Below are positions 47,343-56,421 of a DNA stretch of 64,000 nucleotides, in pieces (position 1 is the stretch's first letter; each line of letters starts with the position of its first letter). The DNA comes from Christensenella sp. UBA1685. GTDB taxonomy: Bacteria; Bacillota; Clostridia; Christensenellales; CAG-138. Both the position numbers and the translations under genes were made by a program. The notes beneath the pieces were generated by a model. That model was not told the origin of the DNA, made no database searches, and worked only from the letters and a program-made list of their open reading frames with translations. The DNA lies in assembly GCA_002320595.1 (NCBI GenBank), contig DCKB01000008.1:995-64994 (forward strand), read 5' to 3'.

Positions 47343-48422
47343 TTATTCAAGAAAATCCTTAAGCTTTTTGCTGCGGGAAGGATGGCGGAGTTTTCGCAGC
47401 GCCTTCGCTTCGATCTGGCGGATGCGCTCGCGCGTAACATTAAACTCCTTGCCGACCTCCTCCAACGTGCGGGCCTTGCCGTCATCCAGGCCAAAGCGCA
47501 GGCGGAGCACCTTTTCTTCCCGGGGAGTGAGCGTGTCAAGCACCTCCATCAATTGTTCCTTAAGCAGTGTGAAGGCCGCAACCTCCGCAGGCGCAGGCGC
47601 ATCGTCATCCGGAATAAAATCCCCAAGATGGCTGTCTTCTTCCTCGCCGATCGGCGTTTCAAGCGAAACCGGTTCCTGCGCCACCTTGATGATCTCCCGC
47701 ACCTTGTCTTCGGAAATCCCCATTTCGGCAGCAATTTCATCCGGCCGCGGTTCGCGGCCATATTCCTGCAAAAGCTGGCGGTTTACGCGGATGAGCTTGT
47801 TTATGGTTTCCACCATATGCACAGGAATGCGGATGGTGCGCGCCTGATCCGCGATTGCACGCGTAATGGCCTGGCGAATCCACCATGTTGCATAAGTAGA
47901 AAACTTATAGCCTTTTCGGTAATCAAACTTTTCCACAGCTTTAATGAGGCCGAGGTTTCCCTCCTGAATCAAGTCAAGGAACAGCATTCCGCGGCCGACA
48001 TAGCGCTTTGCAACGGAAACCACAAGGCGCAGATTCGCTTCCGCAAGCTGCCGTTTCGCATCCTGATCGCCATCCGCCATCCGCTTTGCGATCTCGATTT
48101 CTTCGGATGCGCTCAAAAGCGGCACTTTTCCAATTTCCTTTAAATACATGCGCACAGGGTCATCAATCGCCACGCCTTCCGCGCCCGGAACGGAGGTGTC
48201 AATTTCCGCCAACTCCTCGGTGATGTCCTCCGCGACCTCGATTTCCTCAACCACATCAATGTTGAGCGCCTCAAAGCGGTCGTACAGCCGCTCGATCTGC
48301 TCAGAATTGAGGTCAAGCTCCTCAAGCGTATCCATGACTTCCTTATAGGTCAAAACGCCTTTCGCCTTGCCGCGCTCAACGAGCTCTTCCACCTTGTTCA
48401 TGTGAGGTTTATTCGCTTCCAA
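47343..48422 (-). CDS. rpoD: RNA polymerase primary sigma factor (SigA/RpoD)
   Basis: Regions 1.2-4.2 are present: ...[11 protein letters not shown]..., [48 protein letters not shown]. Confidence 0.96.
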   Translation of the reverse strand: MEANKPHMNKVEELVERGKAKGVLTYKEVMDTLEELDLNSEQIERLYDRFEALNIDVVEEIEVAEDITEELAEIDTSVPGAEGVAIDDPVRMYLKEIGKVPLLSASEEIEIAKRMADGDQDAKRQLAEANLRLVVSVAKRYVGRGMLFLDLIQEGNLGLIKAVEKFDYRKGYKFSTYATWWIRQAITRAIADQARTIRIPVHMVETINKLIRVNRQLLQEYGREPRPDEIAAEMGISEDKVREIIKVAQEPVSLETPIGEEEDSHLGDFIPDDDAPAPAEVAAFTLLKEQLMEVLDTLTPREEKVLRLRFGLDDGKARTLEEVGKEFNVTRERIRQIEAKALRKLRHPSRSKKLKDFLE

Positions 48423-48455
48423 AGCTGCCCACTCCTTACTGTTACTAATCTAAGT

Positions 48456-50228
48456 CTATTTAAACTCTTTGAGTTTCTTCATCAGCTCCGCGTGTTCACG
48501 CAGAAGCACCGTCCTGTCGCCTTCTCCGGCGCTCATTTTGTCTGCAAGCTCCTTCAGGCGCGCATCAATCTGTTTGTAGCGCAGCTTTTCTACGCAATCA
48601 TCAATCACGGAGGCAGCTTCCCCTTCCAATGGGTCGGCTGTCATCGCCATTGCGGCGGCTTCCGCCTGCTGCTCCGGGAGCTCTGCGAGCAAGCGCGCCA
48701 TATCCGGCGTTTCACTCGTAGAATATGCAACAAGCAATGCATCCGCATATCCCGCAAACCCTTCTTGGGAAAACGTTACCCCCGCCTCGGCCATCCGCTC
48801 CGCTGCATATGTGGTATTTTCGCGCGAAGCCTGCATGCAGGTGAGCAGCGTCTGCTCAATTCGATCGGGTTCGGTAACTTTCGCCTCGCGAATTTTATTC
48901 CTAGTATTCCGATTTTTGGCAGTGTTATTCGTTTCAACCGGCTTTGCAAGCCCGCATTGTGCCTCCACTGCATCAAGGGAAACTCCCGCGTTGCGGGCAA
49001 TTACCGGGATGTACCGCTCGCGTTCCACAGGCTCCAGGCCGCCTACAAACGCACACGCGCGCTTTGCATATCCTTCGCGGCCATCCGCAGTAAGAAGGTC
49101 GAACTGCGTCGCAAGGTGCGAAAGCTTAAAGCCGTTGAGCGTGTTCGCATCGTCCTTCAGCTTCAAGAACGCTGCCTTTCCATTGCGCCGCACATAATCG
49201 TCCGGGTCCATGTTGCCGGGGATCGAGATTACCTTCACCTCCAACCCTTCAGCCGCAAGGATGTCCAACCCACGCAGCGTTGCATTCTGCCCCGCCGCAT
49301 CTCCGTCATAAGAAATATATACGCGCTCGACATAGCGTTTCATCAGCCGGGCCTGCTGCTGCGTAAGCGCAGTGCCAAGGGACGCCACCGCGTTGTCGAT
49401 TCCGCACGCATGAAGGCTGATCACATCCATATAGCCTTCCACCATTACAAGGTCACCCGGGTGTTTCCCCTTTTGCATGTTCAACGCATACAGATTGCTG
49501 CGTTTATTGTAAATCGGCGTATCACCAGTATTGATGTATTTTGGCTGCTCGTCCTTCTTCATTGTGCGTGCGCCAAAGCCGATTACCCGGCCGCTCGTAG
49601 CGATAATGGGGAAAATTACGCGGTTGCGGTAAGCATCGTAGCAACCGTTCTTCCGTTTCCCGCGAATTGCAAGCCCGGCGTCGATCAACTCGTCGTTCGT
49701 GTAGCCCTTCCCGGCAAGATAATTCGTCAGGCCATCCCATGTTTCCAGCGCAAAGCCAAGGCCAAACCGGGTTGCAAGCTTGCCATCCACCCCGCGCTTT
49801 GCAAGGTATGCCTGCGCCTGCTTTCCTCCCGGCGACAGCAGCTGACGGTGGTAAAACAGCGCTGCCTCCTTGCATGCTGCATACAGCCGTTCCTTATGCG
49901 CACGCTCACGCCTGAGGCGGTCGTCATCCACCTCATCCGGCAGCTCCATGCCTGCGCGCTGCGCCAAAAACTTCACCGCATCCACAAAGGAGAGCCTCTC
50001 GATTTCCCGCACAAATTGAATGGCTCCACCGCCTGCATGGCACCCAAAGCAATAATACATCTGCTTGTCCGGCTGAACGGAAAAAGAGGGGGTTTTTTCG
50101 TTATGAAACGGGCAGCAACCCCAAAGCCGCCCGCTTTTTTGTGAAAGCGGGACATATTCGGAAACCAGGCTTGCAAGATCCGTCTTCTGAAGGAGCTCAT
50201 CCATCCACGTTTCCGGGAACATGGGCAT
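48456..50228 (-). CDS. dnaG: DNA primase
   Basis: Zinc finger CPFHNEKTPSFSV...CFGCHAGG and TOPRIM (EGYMDVISL...YDGDAAG). Start taken at ATG 50228 (GGAG 9 nt upstream). Confidence 0.93.
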   Translation of the reverse strand: MPMFPETWMDELLQKTDLASLVSEYVPLSQKSGRLWGCCPFHNEKTPSFSVQPDKQMYYCFGCHAGGGAIQFVREIERLSFVDAVKFLAQRAGMELPDEVDDDRLRRERAHKERLYAACKEAALFYHRQLLSPGGKQAQAYLAKRGVDGKLATRFGLGFALETWDGLTNYLAGKGYTNDELIDAGLAIRGKRKNGCYDAYRNRVIFPIIATSGRVIGFGARTMKKDEQPKYINTGDTPIYNKRSNLYALNMQKGKHPGDLVMVEGYMDVISLHACGIDNAVASLGTALTQQQARLMKRYVERVYISYDGDAAGQNATLRGLDILAAEGLEVKVISIPGNMDPDDYVRRNGKAAFLKLKDDANTLNGFKLSHLATQFDLLTADGREGYAKRACAFVGGLEPVERERYIPVIARNAGVSLDAVEAQCGLAKPVETNNTAKNRNTRNKIREAKVTEPDRIEQTLLTCMQASRENTTYAAERMAEAGVTFSQEGFAGYADALLVAYSTSETPDMARLLAELPEQQAEAAAMAMTADPLEGEAASVIDDCVEKLRYKQIDARLKELADKMSAGEGDRTVLLREHAELMKKLKEFK

Positions 50229-50336
50229 GTGACAACACTCCTTTCCCATAATTCATCCGCACGCTCGTTATTCGCCGTAAAACCCGCGATTCCTGCAACT
50301 TTCATAAAAATTCCGTTTTTTGCGGAAAGCTGTACG

Positions 50337-51359
50337 CTACATCCACTCCTTGGGCACAAACTTGCGCTCATAATCCGTGATCGCGTAACGATCCGTCATA
50401 CAGGCGATATAGTCCGCAGCCACGCGCTCCGCTCCATCCGCGGCAATGTGCCGCGTAAACTCCTCCGGCAACTCGTCCATATGCCGAAGGTAATACAGGA
50501 AAAGCTGCTCGACGACATGCTTTGCCTTCCCTTCCTCCTGCTTTGCGTCGCTGTCGCGGTATACACGTTCAAACATGAACGCGCGCAGCATGTCAAACTC
50601 CTCGCCGACTCGTTCCGACATGCGAATCTGCGGCCTGCCATAGCTCTGTGCAATCACATCCGTAATCATTGTATTGATGCGGCGCCCATGCGAATTGCCC
50701 AGCACGGTTACACAGCGTTTCGGCAGATCCTCCTCGTGCAGCACACCCGCGCGGATTGCATCGTCAATGTCGTGGTTAATGTAGGCGATACGGTCTGCAA
50801 TGCTTACCACGGCGCCCTCCAGGGTGCATGGCGTGCCGCTTTTCTTGTGGTTCACAATGCCGTCCCGCACTTCATAGGTGAGGTTCAGCCCCGTTCCGTT
50901 TTCCAGTTTTTCCACAACGCGCAAGCTCTGTACGTTGTGTTCAAAGCCGCCGGGCACCAAGCGGTCCAGCACGCTTTCGCCTGCATGGCCGAACGGCGTG
51001 TGACCCAAATCATGTCCGAGCGCGATTGCCTCTGTTAAATCCTCATTTAACCTAAGCCCGCGCGAAATGGTGCGTGCGATCTGGCTGACCTCCAGCGTAT
51101 GCGTGAGGCGCGTGCGGTAATGGTCGCCCACCGGGGAAAGAAAAACCTGCGTTTTATGTTTCAAGCGCCGGAAGGATTTGCAGTGGATGATGCGGTCCCG
51201 GTCACGTACAAATTCTGTGCGGATCGGGCATTTTTCCATCGCGTATTCCCGGCCGCGCGTGTTCCTTGAAAGCATCGCATAGGGGGAAAGCGTTTGCGTT
51301 TCCAGTTCCTCCGCATGCTCGCGCAGGCTCCCGCTTTGGATTCTGTCTTCTTCCATCAT
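50337..51359 (-). CDS. dGTP triphosphohydrolase-like HD-domain protein
   Basis: HD motifs (RLTHTLEVSQIAR...GHDLGHTPFGH) in the classical dgt-dnaG-rpoD arrangement. Start at the ATGATG (51359/51356) after AAGGAGGG. Confidence 0.85.
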   Translation of the reverse strand: MMEEDRIQSGSLREHAEELETQTLSPYAMLSRNTRGREYAMEKCPIRTEFVRDRDRIIHCKSFRRLKHKTQVFLSPVGDHYRTRLTHTLEVSQIARTISRGLRLNEDLTEAIALGHDLGHTPFGHAGESVLDRLVPGGFEHNVQSLRVVEKLENGTGLNLTYEVRDGIVNHKKSGTPCTLEGAVVSIADRIAYINHDIDDAIRAGVLHEEDLPKRCVTVLGNSHGRRINTMITDVIAQSYGRPQIRMSERVGEEFDMLRAFMFERVYRDSDAKQEEGKAKHVVEQLFLYYLRHMDELPEEFTRHIAADGAERVAADYIACMTDRYAITDYERKFVPKEWM

Positions 51360-51545
51360 ATCCCTCCTTACTTGTTCTTTATTTGATTTTTCTGCATAAA
51401 CGGGAAAAGTCCTTTTCCGATCTATGTCAAATTTGTGAAAAAACATGAAATAATGCTGAAAGACTTGCTTTTTTGTTTCATTTCCTCCTCCCGCTTTGTT
51501 TTCTGCGTTTCCATGCTTCCGGTTTGGCCGCCGTTTTTGCCGGAC

Positions 51546-51741
51546 AGCCTGTCGAAAAAGCCCGGGGGATTGTCAAGAGCCGCAGCCCTTGACTTGCAAT
51601 CCGGCTTCGGCGACCTGTGCGCCGAAACGGATGAAACCCTCAGGGGTTCGTACTTTGCAGCTTTTGCCGCCCGCGAGCGTCAGCGAGAGGCAAATGCCAA
51701 GAAAAACTCGAAAAAGTGGCCAAAGGCCACTTTTTCGACAC
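51546..51741 (+). repeat. MITE-like intergenic repeat, copy A (about 196 bp)
   Basis: Terminal inverted repeats GTCGAAAAAG (51554-51563) and CTTTTTCGAC (51730-51739). It aligns by eye at roughly 80-85% to the reverse complement of 58825-58971, except for a 49-bp extra segment (51614-51662). The right end forms TCGAAAAAGTGGCC-aaa-GGCCACTTTTTCGA, which also serves as a bidirectional terminator downstream of ppdK. Confidence 0.7.
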
Positions 51742-51798
51742 ACTCAATCCGGCGCTGCCCTCAATGGCAGCGCCGGATCCAATTGTTGGTGAACGCTT

Positions 51799-54426
51799 TT
51801 ATTTGTTGCGGATATTCGCCTGAGCCGCTGCAAGGCGCGCGATCGGCACGCGGAACGGGCTGCAGGAAACATAATCCAGGCCCACCTTGTGGCAGAACTC
51901 AACGGAGGAAGGATCGCCGCCGTGTTCGCCGCAGATGCCGAGGTGGATGTCCGGGCGAGCCTGACGGCCCAGTTCGGCAGCCATCTTCACGAGCTTGCCC
52001 ACGCCAACCTGATCAAGCTTGGCGAACGGATCGTTCTCGTAAATCTTCTTGTCATAATATGCGCCAAGGAACTTGCCGGCGTCGTCACGGCTGAAACCGA
52101 AGGTCATCTGGGTCAGGTCGTTGGTGCCGAAGGAAAAGAACTCGGCCTCGGTGGCGATCTGATCAGCGGTCAGCGCGGCGCGCGGAATCTCGATCATCGT
52201 GCCGACCTTGTACTTCATCTGTACGCCGGCCTTTGCAAGTTCTTCATCAGCAGTCTTGACGACAACGTCCTTCACATACTTGAGTTCCTTGACTTCGCCC
52301 ACGAGCGGGATCATGATTTCAGGAACCATGGTCCAGTCCTGATGCTTGGCCTGCACGTTGATGGCTGCACGGATGACGGCGCGGGTCTGCATGGCGGCAA
52401 TTTCCGGGAAGGTAACAGCCAGGCGGCAGCCGCGATGGCCCATCATCGGGTTGAACTCATGCAAAGAGGCGATGATCGCCTTGATCTGCTCAACGGTCTT
52501 GCCCTGAGCCTTTGCCAGAAGCGCAATGTCCGCCTCCTCAGTGGGAACGAACTCGTGCAGCGGCGGGTCAAGGAACCGGATGGTGACCGGGCAGCCTTCC
52601 ATGGCTTCGTAAATGCCCTCAAAGTCGCTCTGCTGCATCGGCAGGAGCTTTGCAAGCGCCGCTTCGCGCTCTTCCACGGTATCGGAGCAAATCATTTCAC
52701 GGATGGCCGCAATGCGGTCGCCATCAAAGAACATGTGCTCGGTGCGGCAAAGGCCGATGCCCTCTGCGCCCAGCTCGCGCGCCTTGGCAGCGTCTTGCGG
52801 GGTATCCGCATTGGTGCGGACCTGCAGACGGCGATACTTGTCCGCCCAAGCCATGATGCGTCCGAACTCGCCGCCGATGGAAGCATCCATCGTCGGCATT
52901 GCGCCGTCGTAAATGTTGCCGGTGGAACCGTCAAGGCTCAGCCAGTCGCCCTCATGATAGGTCCTTCCTGAAAGCGTAAACTGTTTGTTTTCTTCATCCA
53001 TGTTGATCGCGGAGCAACCGGATACGCAGCATTTGCCCATGCCGCGGGCAACGACTGCCGCGTGGGAGGTCATGCCGCCGCGCACGGTCAGGATGCCCTG
53101 TGCAGCCTTCATGCCTTCGATGTCCTCCGGGGAGGTCTCCAGGCGAACGAGGACAACCTTTTCGCCGCGAGCGGCCCAGGCCTTTGCATCCTCCGCGCTA
53201 AAGACGATCTTTCCGCAGGCAGCACCGGGAGACGCAGGCAGCGCCTTGCCGGCGGGCTTTGCATTCTTGAGCGCCTTGGTATCAAACTGCGGATGCAGCA
53301 GGGTATCAAGGTTGCGCGGGTCAATCATGTTAACGGCTTCCTGCTCGGAAATCATGCCCTCGTCCACGAGGTCGCAGGCGATCTTCAGCGCGGCCTTTGC
53401 CGTGCGCTTTCCGTTGCGGGTCTGGAGCATGTAGAGCTTGTTGTTCTCAACGGTGAACTCCATATCCTGCATATCGCGGTAATGGTTTTCAAGGATCCCG
53501 CACACTTCCTGGAACTGCTTGAACGCAGCGGGGAACTTTTCAGCCATCTGCGCAATGGGCATCGGGGTGCGCACGCCGGCGACAACGTCTTCGCCCTGCG
53601 CGTTGGTCAGGAATTCGCCCATGAGTTCTTTTTCGCCGGTCGCGGGGTTGCGGGTAAACGCGACGCCGGTGCCGCAATCGTCGCCCATGTTGCCGAACGC
53701 CATCATCTGGACGTTGACAGCGGTACCCCAGGAATAGGGGATGTCGTTATCGCGGCGATACACATTGGCGCGGGGGTTGTCCCAGCTGCGGAACACAGCT
53801 TTGATTGCGCCCATGAGCTGTTCCTTCGGGTCGGAGGGGAAATCGGTGCCGATCTTGGCCTTATATTCAGCCTTGAATTGGCCTGCGAGCTGCTTAAGGT
53901 CGTCCGCGGTAAGTTCCACATCCTGCGTGATGCCGCGTTCTTCCTTCATCTTATCGATGAGCTGCTCGAAATACTTCTTGCCCACTTCCATGACGACGTC
54001 GGAATACATCTGGATAAAGCGGCGATAGCAGTCCCACGCCCAACGGGGATTGTTGGATTTTTTGGAGATGACGTCCACAACCGCTTCGTTCAGGCCGAGG
54101 TTGAGGATGGTGTCCATCATGCCCGGCATGGAAGCGCGGGCGCCGGAACGGACGGAAACGAGCAGCGGGTTTTCAAGGTCGCCGAACTTCTTGCCGGTGA
54201 TTCCTTCCAGCTTGCCGATGTATTCATAGATCTGATCCATGATTTCGTCGTTGATCTTCTCTCCGTCGGCATAATACTGCGTGCAGGCTTCGGTGGTGAT
54301 GGTGAAGCCCTGCGGCACGGGCATGCCAAGGCCGGTCATTTCAGCAAGGTTTGCGCCCTTGCCGCCGAGGAGATTCCGCATGGTGGCGTTACCTTCACTA
54401 AAAAGGTATACGTACTTGTGTGCCAT
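51799..54426 (-). CDS. ppdK: pyruvate, phosphate dikinase
   Basis: 875 aa. MAHKYVYLFSEGNA..., phospho-His loop GGMTSHAAVVARGMGK, and a C-terminal PEP-utilising TIM barrel. Confidence 0.96.
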   Translation of the reverse strand: MAHKYVYLFSEGNATMRNLLGGKGANLAEMTGLGMPVPQGFTITTEACTQYYADGEKINDEIMDQIYEYIGKLEGITGKKFGDLENPLLVSVRSGARASMPGMMDTILNLGLNEAVVDVISKKSNNPRWAWDCYRRFIQMYSDVVMEVGKKYFEQLIDKMKEERGITQDVELTADDLKQLAGQFKAEYKAKIGTDFPSDPKEQLMGAIKAVFRSWDNPRANVYRRDNDIPYSWGTAVNVQMMAFGNMGDDCGTGVAFTRNPATGEKELMGEFLTNAQGEDVVAGVRTPMPIAQMAEKFPAAFKQFQEVCGILENHYRDMQDMEFTVENNKLYMLQTRNGKRTAKAALKIACDLVDEGMISEQEAVNMIDPRNLDTLLHPQFDTKALKNAKPAGKALPASPGAACGKIVFSAEDAKAWAARGEKVVLVRLETSPEDIEGMKAAQGILTVRGGMTSHAAVVARGMGKCCVSGCSAINMDEENKQFTLSGRTYHEGDWLSLDGSTGNIYDGAMPTMDASIGGEFGRIMAWADKYRRLQVRTNADTPQDAAKARELGAEGIGLCRTEHMFFDGDRIAAIREMICSDTVEEREAALAKLLPMQQSDFEGIYEAMEGCPVTIRFLDPPLHEFVPTEEADIALLAKAQGKTVEQIKAIIASLHEFNPMMGHRGCRLAVTFPEIAAMQTRAVIRAAINVQAKHQDWTMVPEIMIPLVGEVKELKYVKDVVVKTADEELAKAGVQMKYKVGTMIEIPRAALTADQIATEAEFFSFGTNDLTQMTFGFSRDDAGKFLGAYYDKKIYENDPFAKLDQVGVGKLVKMAAELGRQARPDIHLGICGEHGGDPSSVEFCHKVGLDYVSCSPFRVPIARLAAAQANIRNK

Positions 54427-54532
54427 CGATTTAATTTACCTCCATATAATATAATCAAATTGGACCATATTCAGCGGGTGGAATACCACGCATCAAAAAT
54501 ATGCGTTCTTCAAAATTCCACACGCACCAGTT

Positions 54533-54561
54533 ATTATATCCTTTTTCTTCAAATTAAGCAA
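54533..54561 (-). promoter_or_regulatory. sigma-A promoter of ppdK
   Basis: On the minus strand TTGCTT (54561-54556), a 17-nt spacer, then TATAAT (54538-54533), leaving a 5' UTR of about 100 nt. Confidence 0.55.
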
Positions 54562-54667
54562 TGAATTTGTAATTCCTTATGCAGGAAATCCTGCGGAAAA
54601 GTTGTTATGTTGCAACATTGAATCATAATTTGAACTTATAGGCGACGCATCCTGCCCGCATGCAGCC

Positions 54668-55408
54668 TCACAGGCAGGAAAGTGCCTTAAACCGCCGCTC
54701 CAGCACATGCTCAGCGTAGCCGTTTACAGCATGCTTCAGCTCGTTTCGGACGCGTTCCGGCAGGCGAACCCTTCCCATTTCCGCATCGGGGAGCATCAAC
54801 ATGCGCCTGAGCGCTTCAAGGGAAAGCGCAGAAATAGGAACTGCGTCTGTCCCAAAGCCATGCGTGCAGGCAGAACAGAGCGCGCCGCCCGCAGCAGCCG
54901 AAAAGTGCAGTTCACGCGCGGCGCGCAGGTCGCACCCGCAGGCAGCGCACCGCGTGACCGCCGGGCTGTACCCAAGCGTTTGCAGGCAGCGCGCAGCAAA
55001 GCAAAGCGCCATATCAAGCGGCGCACACTCCGAATAGGCGGTAAAGCTCAACGCATAAAGCAAAAGCGACAGCAGCGCCTCGTTCGGCTGCTCCGCAGCC
55101 GTTCCCTCATTGATGAGGGAAAGCATGTACGCTCCTGCGGAAAAGCGTTCCACATCCTCGCGAAGCGGATAAAAGGGTTCGCGCACATCACAGGATTCCA
55201 CGGTATATTTTTCCCGGTTCAGGAACAGGACGAACTCTCCCGAAACGAACAGCTCACTCGCCGGCAAAAGCTGGCTTTTCGGGCGGCGGCAGCCGCGCGC
55301 GGCAGCGGAAATCAGCCCCCTCTCCCGCGTGAAAAGCGTCAGGATGCGGTCATTGTCGCGGTAATTCGCATACCGTGTCACGATGCCGTTTACGGTAATA
55401 AGTGCCAT
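54668..55408 (-). CDS. recO: DNA repair protein RecO
   Basis: OB-fold N-domain (MALITVNGIVTRYANYRDNDRILTLFT) and the zinc motif CAACGC...CSAC. Confidence 0.9.
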   Translation of the reverse strand: MALITVNGIVTRYANYRDNDRILTLFTRERGLISAAARGCRRPKSQLLPASELFVSGEFVLFLNREKYTVESCDVREPFYPLREDVERFSAGAYMLSLINEGTAAEQPNEALLSLLLYALSFTAYSECAPLDMALCFAARCLQTLGYSPAVTRCAACGCDLRAARELHFSAAAGGALCSACTHGFGTDAVPISALSLEALRRMLMLPDAEMGRVRLPERVRNELKHAVNGYAEHVLERRFKALSCL

Positions 55409-55498
55409 CCGGCCTCCATGGGAAAGATTTTCCGTTCATGGTCCTGGCCCTCCTGCGGAGATACTAAAGCCGTATCATACCGCAAAGGAGCAACCGTC

Positions 55499-55639
55499 AT
55501 GGATAAGAGCAGCACGCCCAACAACGCCCGCGCCCTTTGGGAGGCATTTCAGCAAACCGGCCGCGTCAGCGCATATATCGCCTACCGCAGCGCCCTGCGC
55601 CGAGAGCGGGAAACAGAGGACGGCGGAGCCCGGAATTAA
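55499..55639 (+). CDS. YqzL-family small protein (46 aa)
   Basis: MDKSSTPNNARALWEAFQQTGRVSAYIAYRSALRRERETEDGGARN contains the W..F..TG.v..Y..Y core of YqzL. GGAG lies 8 nt upstream. In the track it is hidden inside the 310-aa antisense ORF 54707-55639. It sits next to recO, as yqzL does in Bacillus, but here it is divergent. Confidence 0.6.
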   Translation: MDKSSTPNNARALWEAFQQTGRVSAYIAYRSALRRERETEDGGARN

Positions 55640-56274
55640 TCCACAAACGCTACGGCGCGCACCGGCGCGCCGTCCGCATTTTCGTATTTCAGCGGAAGCG
55701 CTGCAAAGCGGAACGCGCGGCCAATAAGCCCCTCGAGATTCGTCAGGTTTTCCACAATAACAAGCCCCGCGCCAAGCACGATGCGGTGCATGGGCAATTC
55801 AAAGCTGTCGATCGGATCGATGGAGATCGCATCAACGCCGATCCCCTTTTTCCCGGCTGCGCAATAACGCATCACATCCGCATCAAACGCAGGGTACGCG
55901 CCAAAGTAGCGTCCATCGTTCCAAAGGCGGCTCCAGCCCGTATAAAATAGCAGGAATTCCGCTTCATCTGCCGCCGCGCGCACGTTTTGAATGCGCCGCA
56001 TCGTAATCCGTCCGTCCTCTCCCGCATCGGAGCAGTCCACCACGCATGCCTTTCCCGTGAATTTTTCAGCGGGCAGTGCATCCAGCGTCGGAGCGCCGGG
56101 AAAAATGTGTGCGGGCGCATCCATATGCGTGCCGGTATGGGAATACATACGGAGGAGCGTCTCCTTAAAGCCATCCTTTTCAATGGTATTCGTCTGTGTC
56201 AGTTTTGGTTGTTCCGTTCCCGGATAAACCGGCATTGTTTCGCCGATCGTCTGCGTCAGGTCCATTACATGCAT
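55636..56274 (-). CDS. cyclase-family protein (arylformamidase/kynurenine formamidase-like)
   Basis: HTGTHMDAPAH metal-binding motif. Start at ATG 56274 after GAGGAG. Confidence 0.8.
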   Translation of the reverse strand: MHVMDLTQTIGETMPVYPGTEQPKLTQTNTIEKDGFKETLLRMYSHTGTHMDAPAHIFPGAPTLDALPAEKFTGKACVVDCSDAGEDGRITMRRIQNVRAAADEAEFLLFYTGWSRLWNDGRYFGAYPAFDADVMRYCAAGKKGIGVDAISIDPIDSFELPMHRIVLGAGLVIVENLTNLEGLIGRAFRFAALPLKYENADGAPVRAVAFVD

Positions 56275-56421
56275 AGCCGCTCCTCTTTTCCATAACGTTA
56301 ATTTCTTGTTTAGTATACACCATAAGATGCCGTTTTTCCATTGAAACCGGCGCTGCTGTGTTGTACAATGCCAACAGAAGCTCTTCATCCTTCAATTTCA
56401 TATCTCAGGAGGTAACGCAAA

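Noticed and set aside
48402-50144. 580-aa ORF on the + strand
   Set aside because: It lies exactly antisense to dnaG, whose product has clear primase motifs. The sequence is Arg/Ala/Leu/Cys-rich with no motifs. It is a typical mirror-strand ORF of a high-GC gene.
51570-51600. TTGTCA/TTGACT and, on the other strand, TTGACA hexamers inside the MITE as possible outward promoters
   Set aside because: No acceptable -10 element sits 16-18 nt downstream in either copy, and copy B points into the 3' end of a convergent gene.
51435-52094. 219-aa + strand ORF spanning the dgt-ppdK spacer
   Set aside because: It runs through the MITE-like repeat and into the antisense of ppdK. It is Arg/Pro/Cys-rich with no SD, so I treat it as non-coding.
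53062-54564. 500-aa ORF on the + strand, plus 51889-52971 (360 aa)
   Set aside because: Both are antisense to ppdK and have low-complexity Gly/Ala/His/Leu composition, with no SD and no domain signature.
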